Shown here one piece after another: positions 10,384-22,843 of a DNA stretch of 64,000 nt. The stretch spans positions 1 through 64,000 of the forward strand of contig CAWFOM010000009.1 of NCBI GenBank assembly GCA_963817385.1, given 5' to 3'. The notes under the pieces were generated by a model. That model saw only the letters and a program-made list of their open reading frames with translations. It was not told the origin of the DNA and ran no database searches. A program made the translations under genes and the position numbers. Position 1 is the first letter of the stretch, and every line of letters begins with the position of its first letter. Source of the stretch: an uncultured delta proteobacterium (GTDB lineage Bacteria > Desulfobacterota > Syntrophia > Syntrophales > UBA5619).

Positions 10384-11628
10384 TTAGTAACCGAGCGACT
10401 TCAGATCCGGCATGACCGAATCACCGCCCTGGTAGCCTTCCACCTTGAAAAGATCCCACGGATGCTTCTGTTCGCCGGGGCCCTTTCCTTTGACCAGGAA
10501 GGCGGCGTACTTGTACACGGCCGAATGGTCCTCGCGCCAGCGGGCGGGGCCCTTGACCGATTTGAATTCGCCCTTGTTGGCCATCAGGGCCGCCGCGACC
10601 TTGAGAGGATCAAGGCTCTTGGCCGCCTCGAACCCGCGGAACATCTCCGTGTACGCTACGTAGGCGATCATGGCATAGGCGTCGGGGGGCTTGTTGTATT
10701 TGGCCTGGTAGAGATCGGTGATCTCCTTGGCGGACGCCGCCACTTCCTTGTCCTCGAAGCCGGCCAGGTCATAGTAGAAGTAATGCATCGAGTAGACGCC
10801 CTGGAGCGCCTCGGGCGGGAGGCCTTTGGCGACGACGTTGGTGATGAAGGAGTTGAAGATGGTCATCTCCTTGTTGAGACCCATCTGGTAGCACTGCTTG
10901 AGGAGCGCGACGGCGTCGGCGGCAAACTGGGCGGAGATGAAAACATCCGGCTTGGCGGCCCTGACTTTTTGGAGAATCGTCGTAAAATCATTCGTGCCCA
11001 GAGATACCTCGTCATAGCCGACGATCGTTGCGCCGTTTTCCTTGGCGGCGGCATAGACGCCGTCCCGGATGTCCCAGCCCCAGCTATCCGCGCGGGCCAG
11101 GAAGAAGATCTTCTTCTTGCCGAGGTTCTTGATGGCGGCGGAACCGGCCATGTAACCCACCGTCCAGGGGCTGAATGCCGTGGCAAACGTGGTCTGGGCC
11201 AGCGTCCCTTTTTTGAAGGCATCCTTGGCCAACACGCAGACGGGGAAATAGGGCATGGGTTCTTTTGAAACCAGGGCATTGATGGCGAACGCCAGCGGCG
11301 CCCAGGTCTGACCGCCCACGCCTTTAACCCCTTCGGAGACCATGTAACGGTAACGCCGGACGCCCACATCCTGCTTGGCTTCGTCGTCGGCGACAACACC
11401 TTCCACCGTCACTTTTCCCCACGGCATGCTGAGCCCGCCCTTTTTGTTGATGACATCCACCGCCAAAAGCGCGCCTTCCTTCTGGGTTTCAGCCACCGCG
11501 GCAAATGTACCGGTAAGGGGAAGCAGGATACCGACCTTTATTTTGTCGGGATTGGCCGCTTGGGCGCCGCCATAACCAAAAACAGCGACAACCACCAAGA
11601 TCGAAAGGAAAATTGCGATTTTTTTCAT
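10384..11628 (-). CDS. ABC substrate-binding protein (LivK/LivJ family)
   Basis: GGAGG RBS; signal peptide MKKIAIFLSILVVV; IKVGILLPLTG and DFTTILQKV motifs. Confidence 0.9.
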   Translation of the reverse strand: MKKIAIFLSILVVVAVFGYGGAQAANPDKIKVGILLPLTGTFAAVAETQKEGALLAVDVINKKGGLSMPWGKVTVEGVVADDEAKQDVGVRRYRYMVSEGVKGVGGQTWAPLAFAINALVSKEPMPYFPVCVLAKDAFKKGTLAQTTFATAFSPWTVGYMAGSAAIKNLGKKKIFFLARADSWGWDIRDGVYAAAKENGATIVGYDEVSLGTNDFTTILQKVRAAKPDVFISAQFAADAVALLKQCYQMGLNKEMTIFNSFITNVVAKGLPPEALQGVYSMHYFYYDLAGFEDKEVAASAKEITDLYQAKYNKPPDAYAMIAYVAYTEMFRGFEAAKSLDPLKVAAALMANKGEFKSVKGPARWREDHSAVYKYAAFLVKGKGPGEQKHPWDLFKVEGYQGGDSVMPDLKSLGY

Positions 11629-11885
11629 TTGTACCTCCTCCTGGTTGAATAAGATTGGTTTCAGGTCCTCCGCGAATGGGTTGGAGTGGCGCTGCATCAC
11701 CTCCTTGTCAAAACCATTAATGACGATCCCGATCGAATTCGGCAGCGAGCGACTACCGACTGGTCTCATCCTCAAGGATTGAAGTTTCTCCGCAGATTGC
11801 TGCGGAGGACTTCAATTTCTCCCGGCGAATCCCCGAGCGGATTCATCAGGAAAAGTGTTTATACGACCTTGCTTTTTTACCCGCC

Positions 11886-11916
11886 GAGTATATGAAGGGG
11901 GCTTTTGCGTGTCAAG
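11886..11916 (-). promoter_or_regulatory. sigma70-type promoter of the liv operon
   Basis: TTGACA-17 bp-TATACT on the minus strand. Confidence 0.75.
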
Positions 11917-11923
11917 ATAATTA

Positions 11924-13572
<1,649 letters not shown>

Positions 13573-13590
<18 letters not shown>

Positions 13591-16500
13591 CGACAATTGA
13601 TCGCGTATCAGTCCGGCAATGACCTCGACCGGTTCGCCGAGAAGGCGCCCGAGCGGGATCTCCCCGAGGCACCGATCATCCCAGACGAGGTTGTACTCCT
13701 GGATGAGATCGCGAATATCATTCACCCGCTCTCCGAGGATCTCCTTCCGCTCGTGGATTGAGAGCGCCTCATTGAAGCTCACGTGGATCAAAAGGAGATG
13801 CCGGACAAAATCGTCCTCGCCAAGAAGCGGCATGATCACGATCGGCGCGCCGTCCGATTTTCCCTGGCCGACATAGATATGGCCCGAAGCCACGATGTTC
13901 TTTTTCGTCCCCATCAAGCGGCCCGACGTCTCGGCGCGCGAGCTCATCCCCACGGCAACGCCGCCGCGGCGAACGATTGCGATCGCGGCATCCTCCCCCG
14001 GCTTGCCGTCGGCGTCGAGATGGTTGACGGCGTAGAGGGTATAGCCGTTCGCGGCGGCCAGGGCCCGCTGGATCCGGCTGACGGCCAGCACATTGGTGCT
14101 CAGAAGCGCATTGGCGGAGAACGCCAGTTCCCTGAGAAGATCGAAGACAACACCCGTGAGCGGCGTTTCCTTCCGGCTGGTCCCCACCGTGACCGTCTTT
14201 GCCTGATGCCGGATGGCATCGATCGGACGGGAGAGCTCGTCCACGGCATGACCGAGCGTGATGTCCAACAGGGTGACCGGTGAGGCCGTCCCCTCCGCCC
14301 AAGGGAAGTCGTGGCGGAAATCATCCAGGGGGAGCTTTCCCGCCGCGTATTTCAAGAGAAGGATCAGATCGGCAATCGTCCTGACGCCGGTCAGGGAGAA
14401 GGCGCCGTCGATTCGCCGCCGGTTGAAGCGGGTCGTAAAATCGCTCACGAGGCGGCGGAGCCGGCCGTCGGCACCACTCTCATAGAGGGTCATGTTCCTC
14501 CTGGCCTGCTCCACCATGACCAGATTGAGGCGATTCTTGAATTCGCGCAGGAACAGCGCTTCCTCATCGATGCTGCAGGCGGCCCAATACCCGAAGAGAT
14601 GGCCGGCCACGGTATTCAAGATTACGGGAAGCGGCATCGCCGCCTTCGGAATGGGAATCACCGCATCGGCGATCGGATCGAAGCGGCGCTCTCCTTCGTC
14701 GGCGAAGACGACCACGCTGGACTTATGGGCCTTGAATATCGCCGCATCCTTGACCACGTCCCCGGTCACCGCCTCCGGATTTCCCGCGGCGCAGACGATG
14801 ATCAGCGGTTCGGCGGACAGATCGATATGCTTCTTGTTCTCGATGACGTCGGAAGAGATCGTCTTGTAGCAGAGCTCGCTGAGTTTGATCCGGATCTCGT
14901 CGGCCGCCGCCTTGTTCGGCCCGCTCCCGACGACCGCCCAGTACCGTTTCTGCTTGGCCAGCTTCTCCACGGCACCGCGGATCTCCTCGCTCCGCGCGAG
15001 GACTTTCCGCATCATCTCCGGCGTCTGTTCAAGACGGCGGAGCTCCGTCGCGATCCGCTCATCGGAGAGTGTCCCCATGATCCGGGCCAGGTAAAGGGCG
15101 AGGAGGTGGCCGGCCACGATCTGGGAGTAGAAAGCCTTGGTCGAGGCGACCGCCATCTCGATGTCGCGGCCGTCGGAAGTATAAAAGACGCCGTCGGCCT
15201 TCGTCGTGATATCGGACTGGCGGCGGTTCACGATGGCGATGACAAAGGCGCCCCGCTCCGCCGCCATCGCCACGGCGCGGTTCGTGTCGGTGGTCGTTCC
15301 CGACTGGGTGATCGGGATGACCAGCGTATCGTGCAGGTCACTCTCCAGACAAAATCCGCTTAACTCGGAGGCGATCTTTGCCTCCACCCGGATCCCGCTC
15401 CCTTTGAGGCTGTTCTCCAGGGCTTCGGCCACGGCGCTTCCGGCGATGGCCGCCGTTCCGTGACCGATGACGATGATCCGCCGGAGCTCTCCGCCGATCA
15501 AGGCCTTTCTGATCCTTTCGGAAACGATGTCGTCTCCGAGATTAAAGGCGACCTTCAGATGCTCCCCATCGCGCTCGATCCGATATTTTCCCCGCAGGGT
15601 CTTTCGGACGGAGAGGACCGATTCGGTGATCTCCTTGAGAAAGAAATGGGGATAGTCTCCCCGGTCGATATCCCGCGTCGTGATCTCCGCCTTCCGGATG
15701 TCCTTCTCGCCCAGCGGAAGGGGGGTTCCGTCATAACAAAGCCCCACGATCCCGGCCGCGCCGCCGGGAGAATCCTGATCGAGGATGAGGAGCTGGCCGG
15801 TCATCTCCGCCCTATCGGGACAGGAGGGTTTCTCGCCGTCCATCTTCAGGAAGTAGGGGGTCTCCTCCACGAGGCCGTAGAGTTCCGAAGAGAAGAGATA
15901 CTTATCGGGGGCAATCCCGACGTAGATCGACTGACCGCTGCCCCTGAGGGCGAGATAGGTCTTCCCCGGCTCGACGTTACTGACCATGGCGATGGCATGG
16001 GATCCTTCGAAGTCGCCGACGGCGCGCCGAAACGATTCTCTCAGGTCATAACCGGCGAGGAGATACTTCTCGATCTGGAGCGGGATGATCTTCGTATCCG
16101 TCGTCACCGCCGGAGCGATCAGCTCCCCTCCCGCCTCGATGGCCTCCCGGAGGGGCAGATAGTTGTCGATGTCCCCGTTGAGGACGACATGGATGGACCA
16201 GGGACCCGTCCCGTAGGCCGGGTAGGTTTTCTCCTGAACGGCGGACGGCGCGGCCGGCAGGGTAAAGTTGCTCAAGGGGTGGCAGTTCTCTTCCGTGATC
16301 GAGCCCACCGAAGCCCAGCGGGTGTGAGCAAGGGCGGTCTCAAAAGAGACGGGCAGACGGACAAGGGCATGGAGGAGACGGTCCTCGGCGATGTGGCGCC
16401 TCAATTCCCGGACGTTCCGCCCCAGTTCGCCGATGATCGAAGCGGTCTTGTACGTAAGGGTGAGAGAACCGCCGCCGGCCCCGTTCCCCCCTGAAGCATC

Positions 16501-17340
16501 GCTCAGAGAGCAGGTGATCGATCCGTTGATCAGATCCCCCGCTTCGGTACGCCGGCGCAGCTCCCCGTCAAGCCCTTTTTCCCGAAGGCTTCTCAGGAGC
16601 CGACCGGCGGCGCCGGAATCAGCCGGAACGAACGAGATCTGGATCCCCGCCGAATCCCTCCCCCGGACCTCCAGACGGTCGAGACAGTTCAGGAGGGTGT
16701 TGATCTTCCGGTATTTCGGAAGGGCCTCTGCATCCACTTCGGCGGCGCGGCGGGCGCCGGCCAGGGATACGATCCGCTGAACGTTGTCCAGGATATCGTG
16801 GTCCAGCCCCCAGACGAGATCCCGGATCAGGACCAAGCCGCGGTTGACGGCCTCGATGTCGGTAGTGGAAAAACGGCCGGCCTTTTCCTCCAGGATCGCC
16901 TCCTCGGCCAGGAGAAATCGGTGCATCCGCGCGGAAAGATCTGCCAGACGCCGCACTCCGTCGGCGGCAAAGAAAAGCCTCCGGAAGGCATCCTCCCCCT
17001 TCATTCGAAGGAGTTCCCGCTCCATTTTTTCCGCCGATGGGTTCCCCCCCAGATACTCCGGAGCGTTAATCCTGCCGTCCAGGAGCGCGGCCAGATCGCT
17101 CGCGGACGCCCGCCCGAACAGGAGGGAAAGATCCTCTCCCGGCGTATCCGGCGTGACTCTTCCCTTCACGGTCAGGATGCCGGCCAAACCGCAGCAGAGG
17201 GTCATCGGCGCGAGGGGAAAGAGGATCAGTGCCGGCCCCGCGACCTTCTGCGGGTTGACGCCCACGAAGATCTTCCAGCTCCTCATGAAGCGGATGGTCC
17301 TTCGGCAAACGCGTGTCAGCATATCGATTTCAGCAGACAA
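13573..17340 (-). CDS. glmS: Oversized glutamine--fructose-6-phosphate transaminase-like protein (GATase II, 2xSIS, extensions)
   Basis: CGLAG, RGRDSAG, AHTRWA, NGDIDN, QSGTTTDT, VASTKAF and RHQAKTVTV motifs; AGGAGG precedes TTG 17340 (start uncertain). Confidence 0.85.
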
Positions 17341-17401
17341 TGGTTTCCTCCTGTTACCGGCGATGTACAAATGTTCCGTAAAGCCGTCAATCGTCATACT
17401 A

Positions 17402-18671
17402 TTACCCGCGACAGGCGGGTATGTAAGCAAAAGCCCGTTCCTGAACGGCATCGACCACCTGCCGGAGCCACGCCGTCCCGGATGATCGGGCGCTCTGGTC
17501 CAGAGACCGGATCACCGAGAGGTAATCGTCCCCCTGCTTAGCCCGGGCGGCCGCCAGTTTCCCGAGGAACTCATCCCGCGCTTCCCGGCCCGCCTCTTCC
17601 TCCCGCATCTCCGCGAGGCAGGCCGCAAGCTCCGGCCAGCGGTCATGGAACTGACGCTGTTGCCGAAGGATGATCGCACGGTTCTCTTCCGGCAGGAACC
17701 GTTCGGCCAGCTCCTGCGACGTCTTCATCTTCTGAGCCAGGGCGCCCAAACGGGTCAGGCGCTCCGCAATGGCCTTCTCCAGCGTCTCCAGCGCCCCCCG
17801 GACAAGCCCGTCCCCCATCTCCGGATCCCCCGGGAAAGCGAAACGCACGTGGATGTACCACTGACGAAGGGCCAGGAGGTTGGCAAGATAGAGGACGTTG
17901 TTGGTCACCCGCCGGCGGATGTCGCCGTAGAGTCCGGGATGAAACGCCTCGGCGGCAGCCGGCTCTCCCCTCTCCCCGGAGCAGCTTTCCCCCTTCCGGG
18001 CAATCCCCCCGCCAGACGGTCCCCGCGGCGATCACCGTGCCGAAGCCGATCCGGGCCGGACCGACCAGCCCTCCCTGCCCTCCGAGAAAGATCGGGGGCT
18101 CCCTGAGCATGACCCCGCGGGGGACATCGCCCAAGAGCGATGGGGTCGCCTTGTCCTGGTTCGGGGTGTAGTTGAAATGGATGTAAGAGCTTCCCACCTC
18201 GCTGTGATTGTTCCGGCTGGTCCCTCCCGCGAGCAGGCAGTCGCAAAAGTTGATCAGACTGCCCAGGGTGACGAAGGGGAAGAGGATTGTCTGTTTCAGA
18301 CCAACCGTATGGGCGCCGTTGGCCTCTTCTTCGAGGAGGCAGCCCTCTCGAACCTGGGCGCCGGAGGCCATGTTCGCCTTATCGAAGAATACGGAAGAGG
18401 CGAAAAATCCTCCTCTGAGTTCCACTCCCCGGCCGAGTTGGCAATTATCCACGGTGACCGGCGCCTCCGAGCCCAGTTTCGTCCCCGCAGAAATCAGGGT
18501 TTTGGCGCCGGCGAGCTTAGTCCCCCGGGAGAAGACGACCCCTTCGCCGGATATGCGTCCCGGGTCGACCTCTTCGCCGATATCGACGGAGAAGGGGGCG
18601 GGGATGCGGACCCCCTTTTTCAGGAGGCGCAAAACCGGCAATGGCAGCGTTATTTCGGCCCCGTGATCCAT
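17402..18671 (-). CDS. GlmU-like left-handed beta-helix acetyltransferase lacking the NTP-transferase domain, with a +1 frameshift (~17965)
   Basis: LLKKGVRI, hexapeptide-like repeats and SEVGSSYIHFNYT; continues AEAFHPGLYGDIRRRVTNN into ORF 17402..17908; upstream of glmS. Confidence 0.7.
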
Positions 18672-18744
18672 TCCTCTCTCCTTATGCCTCTTCCCTTCCC
18701 GGCTCTGGGTGCATCACACGGCCGCACAGGTCTTCCCCCATCCT

Positions 18745-19048
18745 TCATTCCTGATTGTTGCCGATACCGAATTTGACCATCTTGCTCTGGAAGGTGTTCC
18801 GGTTGATCCCAAGATAGGCGGCGGCGGCACTCTTGACATGATTCGACCGCCGGAGGGCTATACGGCAAGAGGCCTCTCTCCACCATGGCAAGGACCTCCT
18901 CGTAGAGCCGGCTCTTTCCGGCCTCGGTCGCGGAGAGGATTGTCGCTATGTCCTCGATCTTCTTTTCCAGGACCTCCTCTGCAACAGAAGCCGGCGTCCT
19001 CCGCCCCTGAAACACCGCCGCATCAACACCGGAACGTTTGGGATTCAT
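18745..19048 (-). CDS. Fis-like helix-turn-helix protein, with a +1 frameshift (~18865)
   Basis: LYEEVLAMVERGL, then in the next frame RIALRRSNHVKSAAAAYLGINRNTFQSKMVKFG (HTH_8 pattern). Confidence 0.75.
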
Positions 19049-19078
19049 GAATCACCGGATTCCTTTCTACTCCAATGG

Positions 19079-19603
19079 TCAAACAATAAAAGGGAACACC
19101 TTGAGGAGGATGATGCCGATCATGGCCGCGGCTGCGATCCATGCCGATACGACAGGGGCGATCCCCGTGACTAAACGACCAGCCTGCAGGCGGACCTCCT
19201 CCTCGACCTTCTCCAAACCGACATGAGCGACGATCTCTCCCGTAAGCGCGGGAAATCCCTCAAAGGCGTTGGAAACGATAAAAAATCCTTTGACGGTTGT
19301 GAGCAGGAGGTAGACCTTCTTGTGGAGGGTGAGGCCTCCGACATGGGTGATCTCGTCCCAGGAGATCGCCTTCTCAAACCATAACTTTCTGATGACCAGC
19401 CCTCCCTGGGTCACGGTGACCCGCCGGCGGAGACATTCGAGAAAGAGATACCCGGCGGGCAGGAAAAATAGTGCGAAGACAAGCCTCTCCACGGTATCTC
19501 CGTTCAGGAACAGGGCCATCAGGAAAAGACAGAAAAGCAGAGCGACGTCCAGACCCAGAGGAATGAGAAACGCATTTTTTATCCTATGGAGACGCTGCGG
19601 CAC
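19079..19603 (-). CDS. Membrane protein with a bacterial PH-like domain
   Basis: AGGAGGAG RBS before GTG 19603; two TM helices, RRVTVTQGGLVIRKL..ISWDEI, and a C-terminal TM. Confidence 0.6.
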   Translation of the reverse strand: MPQRLHRIKNAFLIPLGLDVALLFCLFLMALFLNGDTVERLVFALFFLPAGYLFLECLRRRVTVTQGGLVIRKLWFEKAISWDEITHVGGLTLHKKVYLLLTTVKGFFIVSNAFEGFPALTGEIVAHVGLEKVEEEVRLQAGRLVTGIAPVVSAWIAAAAMIGIILLKVFPFIV

Positions 19604-19635
19604 ATCTCCTCCTCGCGTCGGTAACGGCGCCGCGT

Positions 19636-20124
19636 TCAACCTGTTGGCTCCTGCCTGACAAAGGCGCCGCTTTTGCCGCCCTGTTTGCTCATCAGCCGGA
19701 TATCCGTGATGACCATCGCCCGGTCCACCGCCTTGCACATATCGTATATCGTCAGCGCAGCCACGCCGACGGCCGTCATTGCCTCCATTTCGACCCCTGT
19801 TCTTCCCACCGTCCTTACCTCTGCCTCGATCACGACCTCGCCCGTCGCTCTATCGCTGGTAAACAGGATGTCGACCCCGGTGAGTTCGAGGGGATGACAC
19901 AGGGGGATGAGCTCTCCGGTCTTCTTGGCCGCCATGATCGCCGCGATCCTGGCGGCGGCAAAGACATCACCCTTGGGCATCCCTCCCCGTTCGATCAGGG
20001 CGACCGTTTCCGGACGCATGCGGATTGCGCCCCGGGCAACAGCTGTTCGCAGGGTAGGCGCCTTTGCCGTAACATCCACCATTCGCGCCTGCCCTTTTTC
20101 GTCAAGATGGGATAGTTGGTTCAT
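19636..20124 (-). CDS. moaC: Cyclic pyranopterin monophosphate synthase
   Basis: [27 protein letters not shown] and [10 protein letters not shown]. Confidence 0.98.
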   Translation of the reverse strand: MNQLSHLDEKGQARMVDVTAKAPTLRTAVARGAIRMRPETVALIERGGMPKGDVFAAARIAAIMAAKKTGELIPLCHPLELTGVDILFTSDRATGEVVIEAEVRTVGRTGVEMEAMTAVGVAALTIYDMCKAVDRAMVITDIRLMSKQGGKSGAFVRQEPTG

Positions 20125-20310
20125 GACCCTGCCAAAGTCGGAATGAAGTTGCCGGGAAAGTTTTGAGGGAACTTAGCATAGCCCTTTGACGCAGTCAAGG
20201 AGGATGCTGATGAAAAACAATAAACCTCTTGCGGGAAACGCGCTTCTCGGTTAACATGCCCGCCGGAATTGGATCAGAAACATCCTTTAAAATCGTCAGG
20301 GGGTGTTCCA

Positions 20311-21840
20311 TTGATCGTCAAGGCAATCAGCTCCGCCGTCATCGGCATCGATTCCCATCCCGTCGTGGTGGAGGTCGATCTCGCCGCCGGTCTTCCCCTT
20401 TTTTCGACCGTCGGCCTCCCCGACGTGGCGATCCGGGAGAGCAAGGACCGGATCAAGGCCGCCATCAAGAACTCCGGCTACGCATTCCCCGGCCATCATG
20501 TCACCGTCAATCTGGCCCCGGCCGACATCAAAAAGGAGGGCACCGCCTTTGACCTCCCCATCGCCGTAGCGATCCTGACCGCCCAGGGCCTCCTGCCCGC
20601 GGAGCCGCTCGCCGATTATCTCCTCCTGGGAGAACTCTCCCTGGACGGCGGCGTGAAGGGGATCCACGGCGCCCTGTCCGCGGCCTTCCAGGCAAAGTCC
20701 CTCGGCATCCGGGGGATGATCGTCCCTCGCGAGAACGCCGCCGAGGCGGCCCTCGTTGCGGAAATCGAGGTCATACCGGTGGATCGGCTCTCCGAGGTCG
20801 TGGAGTTTTTCGGCGGCAGGACCCAGATCGCGCCGGTCAGGGTCGATATCGGTGCGCTCTTCCGGCGGAGCCTCGACTACCCCGTCGATTTCAATGAGAT
20901 CAGCGGCCAGCAGCAGGCCAAGCGCGCCATGGAGGTCGCCGCCGCCGGAGGACACAACCTCCTGATGATCGGCCCCCCCGGCGCCGGAAAGACCATGCTT
21001 GCCCAGCGTCTCGTGACGATCCTTCCCGACCTTTCCCTGACGGAGGCCATCGAAACCACCAAGATCTTTTCCGTCGCCGGTCTCCTGGACCGGAAGGAGG
21101 CGATCCTGGGAACCCGCCCCTTCCGCGCCCCGCACCACACGATCTCCGACGCCGGCTTGGTCGGCGGCGGGCATACCCCCCGGCCGGGAGAAATCAGTCT
21201 TGCCCACCACGGCGTCCTCTTCCTTGATGAACTGCCGGAGTTCAGAAAGAACGCCCTCGAGGCGCTGCGCCAACCGCTCGAAGACGGACAGATCACGATC
21301 ACCCGCTCTTCGGTGACGGCGACCTATCCCGCCCGGTTCATGCTCGTCGCCGCGATGAATCCCTGCCCGTGCGGCTATTTCGGTGAAAGGAACCGCTCCT
21401 GCCGATGCACCCCTCAGCAGATCCGTCAATACCAGGGGCGGATCTCCGGACCGCTCCTCGATAGGATCGACATCCATGTCGAGGTCCCCTCGGTCCGCTA
21501 CCGCGACCTGACGGCGCGGGAGGCGGGTGAACCCTCCGCCGCGATCAAAGCCCGGATCGAGAAGGCCCGGGAGATCCAGAAACGGCGCTTCACCGCCGAT
21601 GAAACCCGCTGCAACGCCCGCCTGTCGGACCGCCAGGTCCGGACCATCTGCCCGATCGACCAGGATTCCCGGCAACTCATCGAGATGGCCGTCGATCGGC
21701 TGGGCCTCTCCGCCCGCGCCCACACCCGGATATTGAAGGTCGCCCGGACGATCGCGGACCTCGATGGTCACCCCGCGATCCGGGCTTCCCATGTCGCGGA
21801 AGCCATCCAGTACAGAAGCCTTGATCGCCGTCTCATTTAG
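20311..21840 (+). CDS. comM: ComM/YifB Mg-chelatase-like AAA+ ATPase
   Basis: VGLPD, VNLAPAD, GPPGAGKTML, RAPHHT, PGEISLAHHGVLFLDE, MNPCPCGY and ARTIADL. Confidence 0.97.
   Translation: MIVKAISSAVIGIDSHPVVVEVDLAAGLPLFSTVGLPDVAIRESKDRIKAAIKNSGYAFPGHHVTVNLAPADIKKEGTAFDLPIAVAILTAQGLLPAEPLADYLLLGELSLDGGVKGIHGALSAAFQAKSLGIRGMIVPRENAAEAALVAEIEVIPVDRLSEVVEFFGGRTQIAPVRVDIGALFRRSLDYPVDFNEISGQQQAKRAMEVAAAGGHNLLMIGPPGAGKTMLAQRLVTILPDLSLTEAIETTKIFSVAGLLDRKEAILGTRPFRAPHHTISDAGLVGGGHTPRPGEISLAHHGVLFLDELPEFRKNALEALRQPLEDGQITITRSSVTATYPARFMLVAAMNPCPCGYFGERNRSCRCTPQQIRQYQGRISGPLLDRIDIHVEVPSVRYRDLTAREAGEPSAAIKARIEKAREIQKRRFTADETRCNARLSDRQVRTICPIDQDSRQLIEMAVDRLGLSARAHTRILKVARTIADLDGHPAIRASHVAEAIQYRSLDRRLI
21747..21840 (+). 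repeat. Left direct repeat (attL-like), which is the comM 3' end
   Basis: 94 bp matching 41258-41351 at 91/94 positions. Confidence 0.95.
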
Positions 21841-21876
21841 AGTTAGCAAAAACAGATTTGAAGCCTGATATTCTGA

Positions 21877-21984
21877 CCCGACTGCGTTTTCCCGGGATCA
21901 TTTTTTTGGGGGGACTGGGAATCTTTTTGGCTTATTTAGTCCCCCCACTCTCTCGTCCTTCCCCGAGCGCAGGGTTTGAATAAC
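21877..21984 (+). pseudogene. Degenerate fragment of the ABC permease at 27603..28448
   Basis: CCCGACTGCGTTTTCCCGGG...CTGGGAATCTTTTTGGCTTAT...CCCCCCACTCTC aligns to 27901-28004 with indels. Confidence 0.8.
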
Positions 21985-21985
21985 C

Positions 21986-22741
21986 TCACCCCCGTCCGAT
22001 GAAGGGCATCTTGGTCGCCATGATCGTCATGAACTGCACGTTGGCATCGATCGGCAGGCTCGCCATGTGCACGACGGCATCGGCGACATGCCGCACGTCT
22101 ATCATCGGTTCGGGCGCCCTTTCGCCGTTTGCCTGCTTCACACCCGTGGCGATACCCGCCGACATTTCGGTCAGCGCATTGCCGACGTCGATCTGGCCGC
22201 AGGCAATGTCGTACTTCCTGCCGTCGAGCGAGATGCTCTTGGTCAGCCCGGTGACCCCGTGTTTGGTCGCGTTGTAGGGCGCGGAGTCCGGCCGCGGCAC
22301 GTGGGCCGAAACCGACCCGGTGTTGATGATACGCCCACCGCGCGGCTCCTGGTTTTTCATCATCCGGAAGGCCTCCTGTGCGCAGAGGAACATGCCCGTA
22401 AGGTTCGTCTCCACCACCGATTTCCACTGTTCATAGGTGAGATCCTCGAACAGGATTCCGGGTACATTGACGCCGGCGTTGTTGAACAACAGATCGACAC
22501 GTCCGAACGCCTCTTTCGTTATTTGAAAAAGCAGCCGTACCGACTCGGGATTGCTGACGTCGGTGGGGACGACCAGCACATGCGAGCCCACACCCGCTTC
22601 CGCCGCCGTTTTCTCCAAGAATTCCGCACGGCGTCCGACCAGCACGACCAAATAGCCATCCTTCCACAGGGCAAGAGCCGTAGCCTTGCCGATACCCGTT
22701 CCCGCGCCGGTTACGACGGCAACCTTCTGGAGTGAACCCAT
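21986..22741 (-). CDS. SDR family oxidoreductase
   Basis: [13 protein letters not shown] and YNATK motifs. Confidence 0.92.
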   Translation of the reverse strand: MGSLQKVAVVTGAGTGIGKATALALWKDGYLVVLVGRRAEFLEKTAAEAGVGSHVLVVPTDVSNPESVRLLFQITKEAFGRVDLLFNNAGVNVPGILFEDLTYEQWKSVVETNLTGMFLCAQEAFRMMKNQEPRGGRIINTGSVSAHVPRPDSAPYNATKHGVTGLTKSISLDGRKYDIACGQIDVGNALTEMSAGIATGVKQANGERAPEPMIDVRHVADAVVHMASLPIDANVQFMTIMATKMPFIGRG

Positions 22742-22843
22742 TACCTTCCTCCTTGCAACTTTATTATTAACAATCCGTTCAACTACAGCGGGTCTTCCTC
22801 GCCTTGCGCGCCAACGGTTCCTGCGGATCGATCGGCCAACCGG

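Noticed and set aside
11810..11850. CTGATGA...GAAA on the minus strand resembling a hammerhead ribozyme core
   Set aside because: GAAA does not directly follow stem II, and I could not form stems I and III
20186..20254. TTGAC-GCA-GTCAA palindrome and a 14-codon ORF with AGGAGG upstream of comM
   Set aside because: The palindrome is explained by a -35 box for moaC on the minus strand; the tiny ORF has no further support
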